Positions 48,209-57,120 are shown, numbered from the stretch's first letter. The stretch: 64,000 nt of DNA from an uncultured virus (IMG/VR IMGVR_UViG_3300032560_000008) (IMGVR_UViG_3300032560_000008), one strand, 5' to 3'. A program made the numbers and translations. The notes: generated by a model not told the origin, from the letters alone.

Positions 48209-48931
48209 TTAAGTTAATGATAGACTCTTATCTTTCATTGATTTCTGATAAGCATTCATCTTATCAAGAATACCCCTATTTCTAAGTTCTTTGAAAATAA
48301 GATTTTCCCGTGAGAATTCACCTGATTTTTCAATACCGGCTGATCTCATGTCTCTCAATTTCTTCTTGAGAATATCAAAAGTATTTATATCCATCTTATT
48401 TTTAATCATAGTATTGATAAGATGAACGTAATACATCACTTTTCGTTTCAACATAGGATCAGCAGAAAAATTGTAATTCCCATGTTCAGGCTTTTGGATC
48501 CATACATCATCTTTAAGTGAATAAACACCTTGACCAGCAGGATATTTTTCTGAAATATCTTGAGCATATGGCTCTAAAGGATATCCTAAAACTCTTACGT
48601 TATGTGAAAGAGTCCATAGCATTTTCTTGTCTTGTAGAATGTCATCAACTTGTTCTCTATTGGAACCTAATTCATTTCTAACAAGGACAATGTGAACATC
48701 AATATCTGATTTGCTTGTATAATTATAGTTTGCATTGCCACCAGTCATAATTACATCTTTAATCAATTCTGACTTGATATTGGCAAACTTTGCCCAAGTA
48801 TCTGCAAATCTTAAAAGAACTTTTCTAACTTCTGGTTTTAATTTATCATCAATCCACAAAACAGGATTTAAGGTTGTATGATATTCAAGACTTACTTTTG
48901 TCTCAGTTAGAAAGTTCTTAAAAGATTGCAT
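48209..48931 (-). CDS. Pol-beta-superfamily nucleotidyltransferase-like protein
   Basis: TGGNANYNY...SDIDVH, GVYSL...W and GEFS.ENL.FK.LR motifs. Confidence 0.75.
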   Translation of the reverse strand: MQSFKNFLTETKVSLEYHTTLNPVLWIDDKLKPEVRKVLLRFADTWAKFANIKSELIKDVIMTGGNANYNYTSKSDIDVHIVLVRNELGSNREQVDDILQDKKMLWTLSHNVRVLGYPLEPYAQDISEKYPAGQGVYSLKDDVWIQKPEHGNYNFSADPMLKRKVMYYVHLINTMIKNKMDINTFDILKKKLRDMRSAGIEKSGEFSRENLIFKELRNRGILDKMNAYQKSMKDKSLSLT

Positions 48932-48959
48932 TGATACCTTCGTTTTTTATTTATTTATT

Positions 48960-49337
48960 CTACAAAATTTGTACTTGCAATTTTGTTACTCCCACAATAT
49001 TCATACCAAGCATACGAGCACAACCCAAAGTTACATCAAGAGTTCTGTTCTTAATAAAAGGCCCACGATCATTCACACGAACTATAATTGATCTTCCTGT
49101 TTCGTTGTTTGTAAGCCTTAAAAGAGTTCCAAATGGTAATGACCTATGTGCAACTGTCAAACCGTATGGATTAAATCGTTCTCCGTTAGCTGTTTTCTTT
49201 CCTTCTTTATACCAAGAAGCATTAGTAGTATATTCCTTATGAAAGGAATCTTTTCGTGTTTCTCCAGAATGTGCAGTCGTTATGATCATCAAAAATATTA
49301 CACACAAACAGAGAAACATCTTAAGATGCTTTCTCAA
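48960..49337 (-). CDS. rlpA: RlpA-like (DPBB) lytic transglycosylase with N-terminal hydrophobic signal
   Basis: ASWY, TANGE.F, AHRSLPFGT, VRVNDRGPF and LD motifs. Confidence 0.88.
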   Translation of the reverse strand: MRKHLKMFLCLCVIFLMIITTAHSGETRKDSFHKEYTTNASWYKEGKKTANGERFNPYGLTVAHRSLPFGTLLRLTNNETGRSIIVRVNDRGPFIKNRTLDVTLGCARMLGMNIVGVTKLQVQIL

Positions 49338-49436
49338 GTTGTATCTCCTTAATGGACATTCGAGGAGTAGGACCTCAGTGTGCCCGTTGTTAAAGCGGGT
49401 TCGCTATGTCATTAAATAATAGAATCTTTTTATTTA

Positions 49437-49517
49437 TTACCGCTTACGATTGAGAGCCCGAGCTCTCCGCTTTGACGAGCCGATCTTCCGTCGGCCTTTC
49501 TTCTTTGGAGCTGCCAT
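49437..49517 (-). CDS. Tiny basic peptide (26 aa) overlapping the end of the GIY-YIG gene
   Basis: AAGGAAAAG then MAAPKKKGRRKIGSSKRRARALNRKR*. Confidence 0.5.
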   Translation of the reverse strand: MAAPKKKGRRKIGSSKRRARALNRKR

Positions 49518-49920
49518 GTTCTTTTCCTTTCTTCAAATGTGAACGTCGAATCCGACAAGATATCCATGCATTATAGTAATCATCACGTTCAAGGACTCTT
49601 TCTTGAAACTGGTAAAGAGCTTCAATATAACTACATTCACCTTTAGTTTTGCAAAGAGCAAGTATCTCTCGTTTAAATTTGTTTGTGCCGAGAGCTTGAA
49701 CATCCTGTTGTAATTCAAGATTGGATCCATAATAGGTTTCCCAATCAGAATCTACAACATATTTTTTCTTTTTTCCTTTCACCATCTTTGTTCGTTTGAA
49801 CTTCAGAAGTTTTTTACCAATATACATTTTCCCATTGGTAAGATTGGTTATCTTATACACATAACCAATATACACCATAAGTTGGGTTTTGTCAACTTCT
49901 TTATTCTCATAAAGCCACAT
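49444..49920 (-). CDS. GIY-YIG (Seg-like) endonuclease-family protein
   Basis: GYVYKITN..NG.MYIGKK, Y.GS, F.REIL and YYN motifs. Confidence 0.82.
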   Translation of the reverse strand: MWLYENKEVDKTQLMVYIGYVYKITNLTNGKMYIGKKLLKFKRTKMVKGKKKKYVVDSDWETYYGSNLELQQDVQALGTNKFKREILALCKTKGECSYIEALYQFQERVLERDDYYNAWISCRIRRSHLKKGKEHGSSKEERPTEDRLVKAESSGSQS

Positions 49921-49957
49921 AAAAGGTAATCCATAATATTACCTTTTATTTATTACT

Positions 49958-51049
49958 CTAGAGTGAAAGAGAACTCAATGACTCTGATGTTACATCCATC
50001 TTAACTGCACCAATAGTATAAGAGGAAAGTTCTACTTCCTGTGGTGCTACCTGCACATTCCCACCAGAAATCCACTTTTGCGTCCATGGGAGAGGATTGG
50101 TTCCTGTTTTAAATTGTGGTGTCAAATCAACAGCAGACAATCTTCTATTGGTAATCCATTCTACATAATCAGAAAGAAGCTTATAGTTTAGACCAATCAT
50201 TGATCCATCTTTAAAAAGATATTCTGCCCATTTCTTTTCCTGATTTGCTGCTGAAATAAACATGTCAATACATTCCTGATATGTATTTTCTTTAATTTGA
50301 GCAAAGTCAGGATCATCCACTGGTAGAATTTTTAGAAGATGTTGCGTTGAAGCAAGGTGAAGGTTTTCATCTCGACAAATAAGCTTGATGATCTTGGCAT
50401 TACCTTCCATCTTCTTTAATTCTGCAAATGCCCATGAACAAGCAAACGAAACATAAAATCTAATGCCTTCAAGGATATTCACAGACATCAAGGCAAGCCA
50501 CAGTGCTTTCTTATGAGCATATAAATCATCTTTTGGTGCAAACAATGTAAGTTCATTATTTTTATAAATCAAATCATCGTAGTATTTGCTAATATCTACT
50601 GCACAATCAAGGATTTCTTGAATGTCAGTAATTTCATCAAAAATCCTAGATGGATCTGGATAGATATTCCGAATGATATGAGTATAAGAACGAGAATGAA
50701 TAGTCTCGGAAAATGCCCATGTTTGAATCCATGTTTCAAGTTCTGGTAGAGAACAAATCGGGCTAAATGCCGTAGTAGGTGCTCTACCTTGAACTGAATC
50801 GAGAAGAATCTGGCGTTTTAGATTTGATGTAAAAATATGCTTTTCATGTGATGAAAGAGATTTGAAGTCAATCGAATCCCTAGTAACATCAATTTCATTT
50901 GGTCTCCAGAAAAAACCAAGTTGCTGTTCGGTAAGCTTGTCAAAAATAGAATATTTCTGACGGTCATACCGTGCAATCGTTACAGAATCATCAAGGAAAC
51001 ATTTTGCTTTTAAATGATTTTGATTGTTGATTGTATTGAATACAGACAT
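49958..51049 (-). CDS. nrdB: Ribonucleotide reductase class Ia beta subunit
   Basis: FFWRP.E, LDS.QGR, ETIHSRSY, LEG.RFYVSF, RDE..H and APQE motifs. Confidence 0.97.
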   Translation of the reverse strand: MSVFNTINNQNHLKAKCFLDDSVTIARYDRQKYSIFDKLTEQQLGFFWRPNEIDVTRDSIDFKSLSSHEKHIFTSNLKRQILLDSVQGRAPTTAFSPICSLPELETWIQTWAFSETIHSRSYTHIIRNIYPDPSRIFDEITDIQEILDCAVDISKYYDDLIYKNNELTLFAPKDDLYAHKKALWLALMSVNILEGIRFYVSFACSWAFAELKKMEGNAKIIKLICRDENLHLASTQHLLKILPVDDPDFAQIKENTYQECIDMFISAANQEKKWAEYLFKDGSMIGLNYKLLSDYVEWITNRRLSAVDLTPQFKTGTNPLPWTQKWISGGNVQVAPQEVELSSYTIGAVKMDVTSESLSSLSL

Positions 51050-51060
51050 TTAAAATTCCT

Positions 51061-53352
51061 TTAAATAGTGCATGAATCACATTCATAATCATCTTCAATC
51101 GAAGCTTCAAGTTCTGGAAGATTTACATCTAGTTCACCAGCACCATCATATGTATTGAAATAATACAAGGTCTTACCACCAAACTTATAATGCATGATCA
51201 TATGCTTAAGCATATCAGTCATTGAAATTTTTTCTTCAGCATAATGCTTTGGATTATAGCTAGTATTCACGGAAATTGCTTGGTCAATAAATTTCTGAAG
51301 AACTGCACAAATTTTGAGATATCCTTCAGGTGACTTTTGATCCCATAAGAGATCATATTTATTCTTTAATTTTCTAATTTCCGGCACTACCTGTTTCAGA
51401 ACACCATCCTTAGATTGTTTAATAGTAATAAGTGATCGTACTGGTTCAATACCATTTGTTGAATTTGATACCTGAGCAGATGTTTCTGCTGGCATCAGAG
51501 CCATGAGAGTAGAATTACGAATACCTGTAGAACAAAGTTGATTCCTTAATTGTTCCCAATCATAATTATATACAGGTTCAACCAAACTGTCAACATCTTT
51601 CTTGTAGGTATCAATGGGAAGAATACCTTTTGAATACTTGGTTTCAGATGAAAGAGGGCAAGCACCCTTTTCAACGGCAAGATCGGCACTTGCTTTGATT
51701 AGATAATATGACCATGCTTCAGCATATTGATGAAGTTTCTGAAGACCTTCATTACTAATATTATCATATGATAAATCATTTTTAGCTAACCAATAAGCAA
51801 GATTGATAATACCTACACCCAAAGGCCTTCTATTCATAGTGCCTTTCCGCGCCGCCAATACAGGATAGTTTTGATAACTTAACAATTCATCAAGTGCTCG
51901 AACTACTAAGTCACATGGCTTTTTAAAATCATTTGGATTCTTAATCTTTCCCCAGTTGATTGCTGCAAGAGTGCAGAGAGAAATTTCACCATTGGGATCA
52001 TCCAAAGACTCAAGTGGTTGGGTAGTAAGTGTGATTTCGCAGCACAAATTGCTCATACGAATAGGAGCTAATTCTTTAATAAAGGAACCATGATCATTTG
52101 CATGGTCGACATTCATTAGATAGATACGACCTGTATCTTTTCTTTCATTCATAAACTTGGTGAAAAGTTCTAGAGCAGGAACAGATTTCTTTCTAATATC
52201 CGGATTGTTTTCTGCTTCCTCATAGAGAGTTCTAAACTTATCGACATCAATAAAAAATGCTTCATAGAGTTCTGGAACATCATGTGGTGAAAATAAAGTA
52301 ATATTTGAATTGGTCAATAGACGTTCATACATTACTTTATTGAATTGAACTCCATAGTCTAAATGTCTGATCCGATTTTCCTCGACACCCTTGTTGTTCT
52401 TTAAAACAAGCATATCTTCAATTTCAAGATGCCAAAAAGGATAGTATAGAGTTGCGGCACCACCACGGACACCACCCTGAGAACAAGACTTTACGGCAGA
52501 CTGAAATAGTTTATAAAAAGGAATTACACCAGTATGTGATGTATCACCATTTCTAATCTTTGAATTGATAGCGCGAATTCGACCTGCACCAATACCAATT
52601 CCTGCTTTTTGTGAAACATAATTTACAATCGAAGATGTTGTGGCATTGATTGAATTTAATGAATCATCTGTTTCAATGAGAACACAGGAACTAAATTGCT
52701 TGACGGGTGAACGAAGTCCAGCCATGATTGGTGTTGGAAGTGAAATTTCAAAGTTCGAGAGTGAATCATAAAAATCTCGAACCCACTGTAGTCTAGTATT
52801 CTTTGGATAGTTTCTGAAAAGAACCATAGGAATGAGAATAAAAGCCATTTGTGGCGTTTCATAATATTTCTTGGTAACTCTATCCTTGATAAGATATTTG
52901 CCGCGAAGTTGCTCCATTCCTGCATAGGAAATATTGAAATCTCTCCTATGATCTATAAAAGAATCAATTTGATAAAATTCTTCCTCTGTATAATGACCTA
53001 AAATTTCAGAATCATAATATCCTGCCTTCACAACATTCTTTACGTGTGAATATAGATTAAGAGGTTCATGATTATTATAAACCTCCTTCCGTAGTTGATA
53101 ATTGATAAATCTTGAAGCTACATATTGATAATTCGGTGTTTCTTCAGAAATAAGTTCAGAAGCAGCTTTGATAAGAGTTTCCTGAATATCAGTAGATTTG
53201 ATTCCGTCATAAAATTGAATTTGAGTTTTTAATTCAATTTCTGAAACTGATACACCGGTAACATTGTGGCACCCGTGCTCTACCATTTTATGGAATTTAT
53301 TTAGATCAAGAAGTTCCCGATCTCCGCTTCTTTTCTGAACATAAATTGTCAT
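51061..53352 (-). CDS. nrdA: Ribonucleotide reductase class Ia alpha subunit
   Basis: ATP cone, QFSSCVL, SNLCCE, CTL and TLYY motifs; C-terminal CDSC. Confidence 0.97.
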   Translation of the reverse strand: MTIYVQKRSGDRELLDLNKFHKMVEHGCHNVTGVSVSEIELKTQIQFYDGIKSTDIQETLIKAASELISEETPNYQYVASRFINYQLRKEVYNNHEPLNLYSHVKNVVKAGYYDSEILGHYTEEEFYQIDSFIDHRRDFNISYAGMEQLRGKYLIKDRVTKKYYETPQMAFILIPMVLFRNYPKNTRLQWVRDFYDSLSNFEISLPTPIMAGLRSPVKQFSSCVLIETDDSLNSINATTSSIVNYVSQKAGIGIGAGRIRAINSKIRNGDTSHTGVIPFYKLFQSAVKSCSQGGVRGGAATLYYPFWHLEIEDMLVLKNNKGVEENRIRHLDYGVQFNKVMYERLLTNSNITLFSPHDVPELYEAFFIDVDKFRTLYEEAENNPDIRKKSVPALELFTKFMNERKDTGRIYLMNVDHANDHGSFIKELAPIRMSNLCCEITLTTQPLESLDDPNGEISLCTLAAINWGKIKNPNDFKKPCDLVVRALDELLSYQNYPVLAARKGTMNRRPLGVGIINLAYWLAKNDLSYDNISNEGLQKLHQYAEAWSYYLIKASADLAVEKGACPLSSETKYSKGILPIDTYKKDVDSLVEPVYNYDWEQLRNQLCSTGIRNSTLMALMPAETSAQVSNSTNGIEPVRSLITIKQSKDGVLKQVVPEIRKLKNKYDLLWDQKSPEGYLKICAVLQKFIDQAISVNTSYNPKHYAEEKISMTDMLKHMIMHYKFGGKTLYYFNTYDGAGELDVNLPELEASIEDDYECDSCTI

Positions 53353-53370
53353 TAATATATCCTATTAAAA

Positions 53371-53481
53371 CTAAGGTGTGTAATCAAACACCTTAAAATT
53401 ACTTTCATAATCCTCAACTATGGCCGTGCAAGATTCTACCCAATCACCGCAATTAACATAGAGTAAATTATTTATAGACCC
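53371..53481 (-). pseudogene. Startless remnant of an LpxH-like metallophosphoesterase C-terminus
   Basis: Frame reads GSINNLLYVNCGDWVESCTAIVEDYESNFKVFDYTP*; Y.N.GDWVESCTA.VE motif; contains TATAAATA at 53469-53476. Confidence 0.55.
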
Positions 53482-53482
53482 A

Positions 53483-54127
53483 TTATATAAACTTAAAGTA
53501 GTTTGTCAACTCTTTATATGCAGATTCCGCTACTTCCTTGTGTTCTTTTTGAGTGCCGTTTGATCTACGTAGATCACTATAGTGGATCCACGATCGAAGA
53601 GTTCCTGCCATATACAACTTGGAAAGAACGAGGCCTTCAGGAAGAACTGCTCGAGCTTGTTCCTTAGCAATACCATGTTCAATGGCCCACTTATATGCAT
53701 CAAGTGTTGCATTCTTCACAACATTTTGCATGGCCTCCCAATTCTTGTTGAGTAATTCATCATCCGTTTCAATAGAATTTTGTCTATTCTTTGTATCTTG
53801 AAGGCGTGCTTCTTTAGTAATAAAACCAAGATCCTTAGTTGGATCGGCATAACGTTGAGAGAATTCTTGAAAAGAGAATGAGCGATGCCGAAGAATTTGT
53901 CGAGCAATATCACGAGTGGTATTAATTTCCATTGTGACAGACAACATTTCGAACGGGGACCAATGTTTGTTTTTAATAAGATACTTTAATAACTTATCAG
54001 ATGTTTCAGAATTCATTTGATTTGATGGATTTGAAACTCTTGCACAATAAGCAATAAATTCTTCTGGAGTTAGATTAACAGAGTCAATCACAGGTTGTGT
54101 AATTGCAACAATTTTAGCTGTATTCAT
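53483..54127 (-). CDS. thyX: Flavin-dependent thymidylate synthase
   Basis: CARVSN, HWSPFE, RHRSFSFQEFSQRY, EQARAVLP and Q.EH motifs. Confidence 0.96.
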   Translation of the reverse strand: MNTAKIVAITQPVIDSVNLTPEEFIAYCARVSNPSNQMNSETSDKLLKYLIKNKHWSPFEMLSVTMEINTTRDIARQILRHRSFSFQEFSQRYADPTKDLGFITKEARLQDTKNRQNSIETDDELLNKNWEAMQNVVKNATLDAYKWAIEHGIAKEQARAVLPEGLVLSKLYMAGTLRSWIHYSDLRRSNGTQKEHKEVAESAYKELTNYFKFI

Positions 54128-54306
54128 ACTTGTTTGCCTCTATGCATTTTAATAAAAGTTCTCATTTGTTGCTTTATTGATTCAATATCTTTCTCTGTTC
54201 TAATTCTTTGAGGTTCACATTCATCAACCTCGTAGCAGAGCATTGAAATTGTCAATCTTCCTATAGTATTCCCTAATATATTAACAGTGTTCCAATATTC
54301 ATCCAT
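54124..54306 (-). CDS. Hypothetical protein
   Basis: ORF overlapping neighbours at stop/start. Confidence 0.55.
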   Translation of the reverse strand: MDEYWNTVNILGNTIGRLTISMLCYEVDECEPQRIRTEKDIESIKQQMRTFIKMHRGKQV

Positions 54307-54309
54307 TAC

Positions 54310-54579
54310 TTATTCCTCTTTATCTTCAAAGATATCTTCTTCATACCAGAAGTAATCTTTTATATTTTCAACAATAGTTCTGTATGGTTCATGAACAACC
54401 ATTTTGGGACTTGGATCAGAATTTATAACTATTTCCATACACATTTCAATGATTAATTCGGCAAACTTTTCTAATTCATTATCGACATAAACTTCACAGT
54501 CACGCCCTTCCTTGATAAGGGACCCATTATATTCATCAAATCCTGCTTCTTTGGCTAATTCTTTAATAAATTTATTCAT
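54310..54579 (-). CDS. Hypothetical protein (IKELA..AG / LEKFAELII..C type)
   Basis: Probable start MNKFIKELAKEAGF. Confidence 0.6.
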   Translation of the reverse strand: MNKFIKELAKEAGFDEYNGSLIKEGRDCEVYVDNELEKFAELIIEMCMEIVINSDPSPKMVVHEPYRTIVENIKDYFWYEEDIFEDKEE

Positions 54580-55031
54580 AGATATACACCTGCATTTTTC
54601 TTGTCTTTCATAATGTGGCATTGCATATCCTGTCGGAATTTTTCACGACCTTCAGCACTTTGTGTGGTGAAATTTATCATGTAAGCCAATGTTCCGCTTG
54701 ATCCAAAATACACACAAGCATGAGTATGAGTTTGAACTATCACTGTGTATGCTGGTGTCATTGCAGCACCACCCATGCCTCCATATCCCAAAGAAGTGTT
54801 TCCCCACACCTGGGGAAACATGATCACTTCAATGTCTTTTTCATATGGGCGTCTGGTTTTGTCTATTCTGGGAGCCAATCTATCGTTTTTCATAGATTCC
54901 TTTTTCTCAGTTTCAGTCATTTTACTCCACAGTGACCAATCCCGACCTTGATAATGTATATCAGGAAGATCGCGATAAATGGCTGCAGCCACCGATTGAT
55001 GAACTGCTTCGATTGGTGATCCAAGTTGCAT
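54576..55031 (-). CDS. Hypothetical phage protein
   Basis: FPQ.WG.T.LG.GG.GG.AMT.AYT motif; GAGGA Shine-Dalgarno. Confidence 0.7.
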   Translation of the reverse strand: MQLGSPIEAVHQSVAAAIYRDLPDIHYQGRDWSLWSKMTETEKKESMKNDRLAPRIDKTRRPYEKDIEVIMFPQVWGNTSLGYGGMGGAAMTPAYTVIVQTHTHACVYFGSSGTLAYMINFTTQSAEGREKFRQDMQCHIMKDKKNAGVYL

Positions 55032-55074
55032 TTTAAGTCCTCTTAATTATGAATAATAGCAAAAGCAAAGCAAG

Positions 55075-55290
55075 TCATTGGTAAAAACTCCCAGGCTGTC
55101 CGGTTGCGTTGCTGTTTGTGCATGCAAGCCGGTGATCTGAATGATGTGGACATCTTTTGTTGCCGCAAATTTCACACGCATAGCGAAAATATAAGTCTTG
55201 ACCAGTAAGACTTGTGATAAAATCAGCCTCTGGCAATTCTTGACGGCGTTTGTCCTGACACGACAAACATCCGCATGGTTTCTCGGTCAT
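55075..55290 (-). CDS. Small Cys/His-rich (Zn-binding) protein
   Basis: C.C..C and C..CGNKRCP...DH...C..SN..GQ.GS motifs; start MTEKPC after GGAGG. Confidence 0.65.
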   Translation of the reverse strand: MTEKPCGCLSCQDKRRQELPEADFITSLTGQDLYFRYACEICGNKRCPHHSDHRLACTNSNATGQPGSFYQ

Positions 55291-55489
55291 TCTGGTGCCT
55301 CCATCATTCCTCTTCTTCCTCAACAGGGAATGAATCCATCTTGATCCCAAAAACCAAATTTCTGCATGGTTTCTGTTAGTGATTCCATACAATCATCACC
55401 TACAACCAACCGATTGATATAATATACCAAACTGTTGATAATTTCTTCATCTTTATAAAGTTGCATTATTGCATCCTCCAATATATTAT

Positions 55490-55696
55490 TCATAAAAAAA
55501 TAACCATTCCGTCAGTGTTTAGTGCAATTTCATTCTTTTCAAGACCCTGTTGGATCATTTCAATCACTTGCTTTTTGGGATATGTTTTGGTCAGTGTATC
55601 AACCAGATAAGTTGGATTAATGCCACCATGATCAACAACAACCGAAGCAGATTCCAATGCTTCTTTCAAACGGGATAAATGATTTTTTTCAGTCAT
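55490..55696 (-). CDS. Hypothetical protein
   Basis: ORF track. Confidence 0.55.
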   Translation of the reverse strand: MTEKNHLSRLKEALESASVVVDHGGINPTYLVDTLTKTYPKKQVIEMIQQGLEKNEIALNTDGMVIFL

Positions 55697-55774
55697 TTCA
55701 CTTGCTTTTTCTAGTTTCTGTTAAATTTTAACATATTATATTTTATCTGCTCCCGACTTTATCAATACTTTTCC

Positions 55775-55936
55775 TCACCATTTTAGATCATCCATGGCCT
55801 GAACACCGCCATTTTCTACCTGATTAACATGATTCCAGACCCGATACCCAACCTGATACCAAGCCTGATACCAGACTTGCCAACTGACCTGATTATAGAC
55901 CTGATCCCTGACTTTATCAATACTTTTCTTTACCAT
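55775..55936 (-). CDS. xxQV-repeat microprotein D2 (53 aa)
   Basis: Manual translation MVKKSIDKVRDQVYNQVSWQVWYQAWYQVGYRVWNHVNQVENGGVQAMDDLKW*. Confidence 0.7.
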   Translation of the reverse strand: MVKKSIDKVRDQVYNQVSWQVWYQAWYQVGYRVWNHVNQVENGGVQAMDDLKW

Positions 55937-56097
55937 CTTAAATCATCCCAACCCTGATACCAGACCTGAACCTTGACATGATTCCAGGCCCGACTCCAGA
56001 CCTGATCACCGACCTGATACACAACCTCATCATTGACCTGTCGTCTGACTTGATTCCAGACCTTTCCTCCAACTTGACAAATCTCGTGAAATATCAT
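55930..56097 (-). CDS. xxQV-repeat microprotein D1 (55 aa)
   Basis: Manual translation MIFHEICQVGGKVWNQVRRQVNDEVVYQVGDQVWSRAWNHVKVQVWYQVGDDLRW*; ATGA overlap with the upstream gene. Confidence 0.7.
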   Translation of the reverse strand: MIFHEICQVGGKVWNQVRRQVNDEVVYQVGDQVWSRAWNHVKVQVWYQGWDDLRW

Positions 56098-56510
56098 CGT
56101 ATTTGCTCTGCTATCATTTTATAACCTTTTGCATTGGGATGCACACCATCCGATGAGATTACTGGAATATAAATTATCCTGTCATGATGTTCAGAGGCCA
56201 CACTTTTAACGATTTCCTGCACATATGGTTTGATAGCCGGTACAATCCAAAACACAGTATCGGCTTGCACTCGGTTGCGAATCATTTCCAAATCCTGTCG
56301 AGAACCTTGTTCAGAGTCGTTGCTGCCCAAACTGATGACAACAGTTTTTGCAGTCAAGTCTGCATTTGCATAGCGATGAAGCCAAGCATGACTGGTGATA
56401 CCACTGCTTGCATACACAGCACATTCTGCACGATACTGATGTGTGCCAACTGCTATGCTGTCACCTAAAATAAGACATTCAAAAATCATTTTGATAAAGA
56501 TCTTGATCAA
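56094..56510 (-). CDS. Minimal SGNH/GDSL hydrolase
   Basis: GDS, G.ND and DGVHP...GY blocks; start uncertain. Confidence 0.8.
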   Translation of the reverse strand: MIKIFIKMIFECLILGDSIAVGTHQYRAECAVYASSGITSHAWLHRYANADLTAKTVVISLGSNDSEQGSRQDLEMIRNRVQADTVFWIVPAIKPYVQEIVKSVASEHHDRIIYIPVISSDGVHPNAKGYKMIAEQIR

Positions 56511-56530
56511 GAGTCATTCTTATTCCTCTT

Positions 56531-56725
56531 TTAAGACCATGGTGTGCACCAGGTAATATTGATAAACCACAAACCAAAACTTTTGTGGAGACCTGCATCA
56601 TACCACATATCTTCGCGGCCCCAGTATCTCACCTCTGGCTTTAACCAATTCCACCAATACACATACCACCAATGTGGATCACGATCAGGTCCACCCCAGG
56701 TTATGCCTATCCAACTAATTTTCAT
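56531..56725 (-). CDS. Trp-rich hypothetical protein
   Basis: ORF with ATGA overlap. Confidence 0.55.
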   Translation of the reverse strand: MKISWIGITWGGPDRDPHWWYVYWWNWLKPEVRYWGREDMWYDAGLHKSFGLWFINITWCTPWS

Positions 56726-57120
56726 TTGTATTTTTTCAATAATTCCAATGCAGTTTCTATATCAAAAGAGTCCCATTTGTCACAATGTCCTCCAGTCCAG
56801 GTTTCTGTGTTATACAATGGTGACTCAGGATTTTTACAAATGGCTGGGTCAGACCGTGTTGAATCTGAAACTTGCCATGATATACAGGTACGGCACTGAC
56901 CCCACCAATCATAATGAAGTCTCAAACTTTCTTTTTTTGTCATAATATCGGCACTGTGTCCACACTCAGGGCACTTCCATACAGGATCAAGCGTCAATTG
57001 AGCATGGTCAATTAGACCCGCTGGGCTACCCAACCCGCGTTTGGCAGCATCACGAGTTGTGGGGTTAATGCCTATCCCTTGTTTCATTTCAACTTTGCAT
57101 CGTGGGCACAACATTTTCAA
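56722..57120 (-). CDS. Cys-rich Zn-ribbon hypothetical protein
   Basis: CPRC, CPECG and C..C motifs. Confidence 0.6.
   Translation of the reverse strand: MKMLCPRCKVEMKQGIGINPTTRDAAKRGLGSPAGLIDHAQLTLDPVWKCPECGHSADIMTKKESLRLHYDWWGQCRTCISWQVSDSTRSDPAICKNPESPLYNTETWTGGHCDKWDSFDIETALELLKKYK

Larger units (their letters stand above)
55743..56097 (-). repeat. Micro-ORF cassette array D (2 intact units plus a truncated third)
   Basis: Junctions GATGATTTAAGATGGTAA and GATGATCTAAAATGGTGA; third unit MVRKSIDKVGSR* stops early. Confidence 0.85.

Noticed and set aside
49958..53352. Introns or inteins in nrdA/nrdB
   Set aside because: Both ORFs are continuous and of ordinary length.
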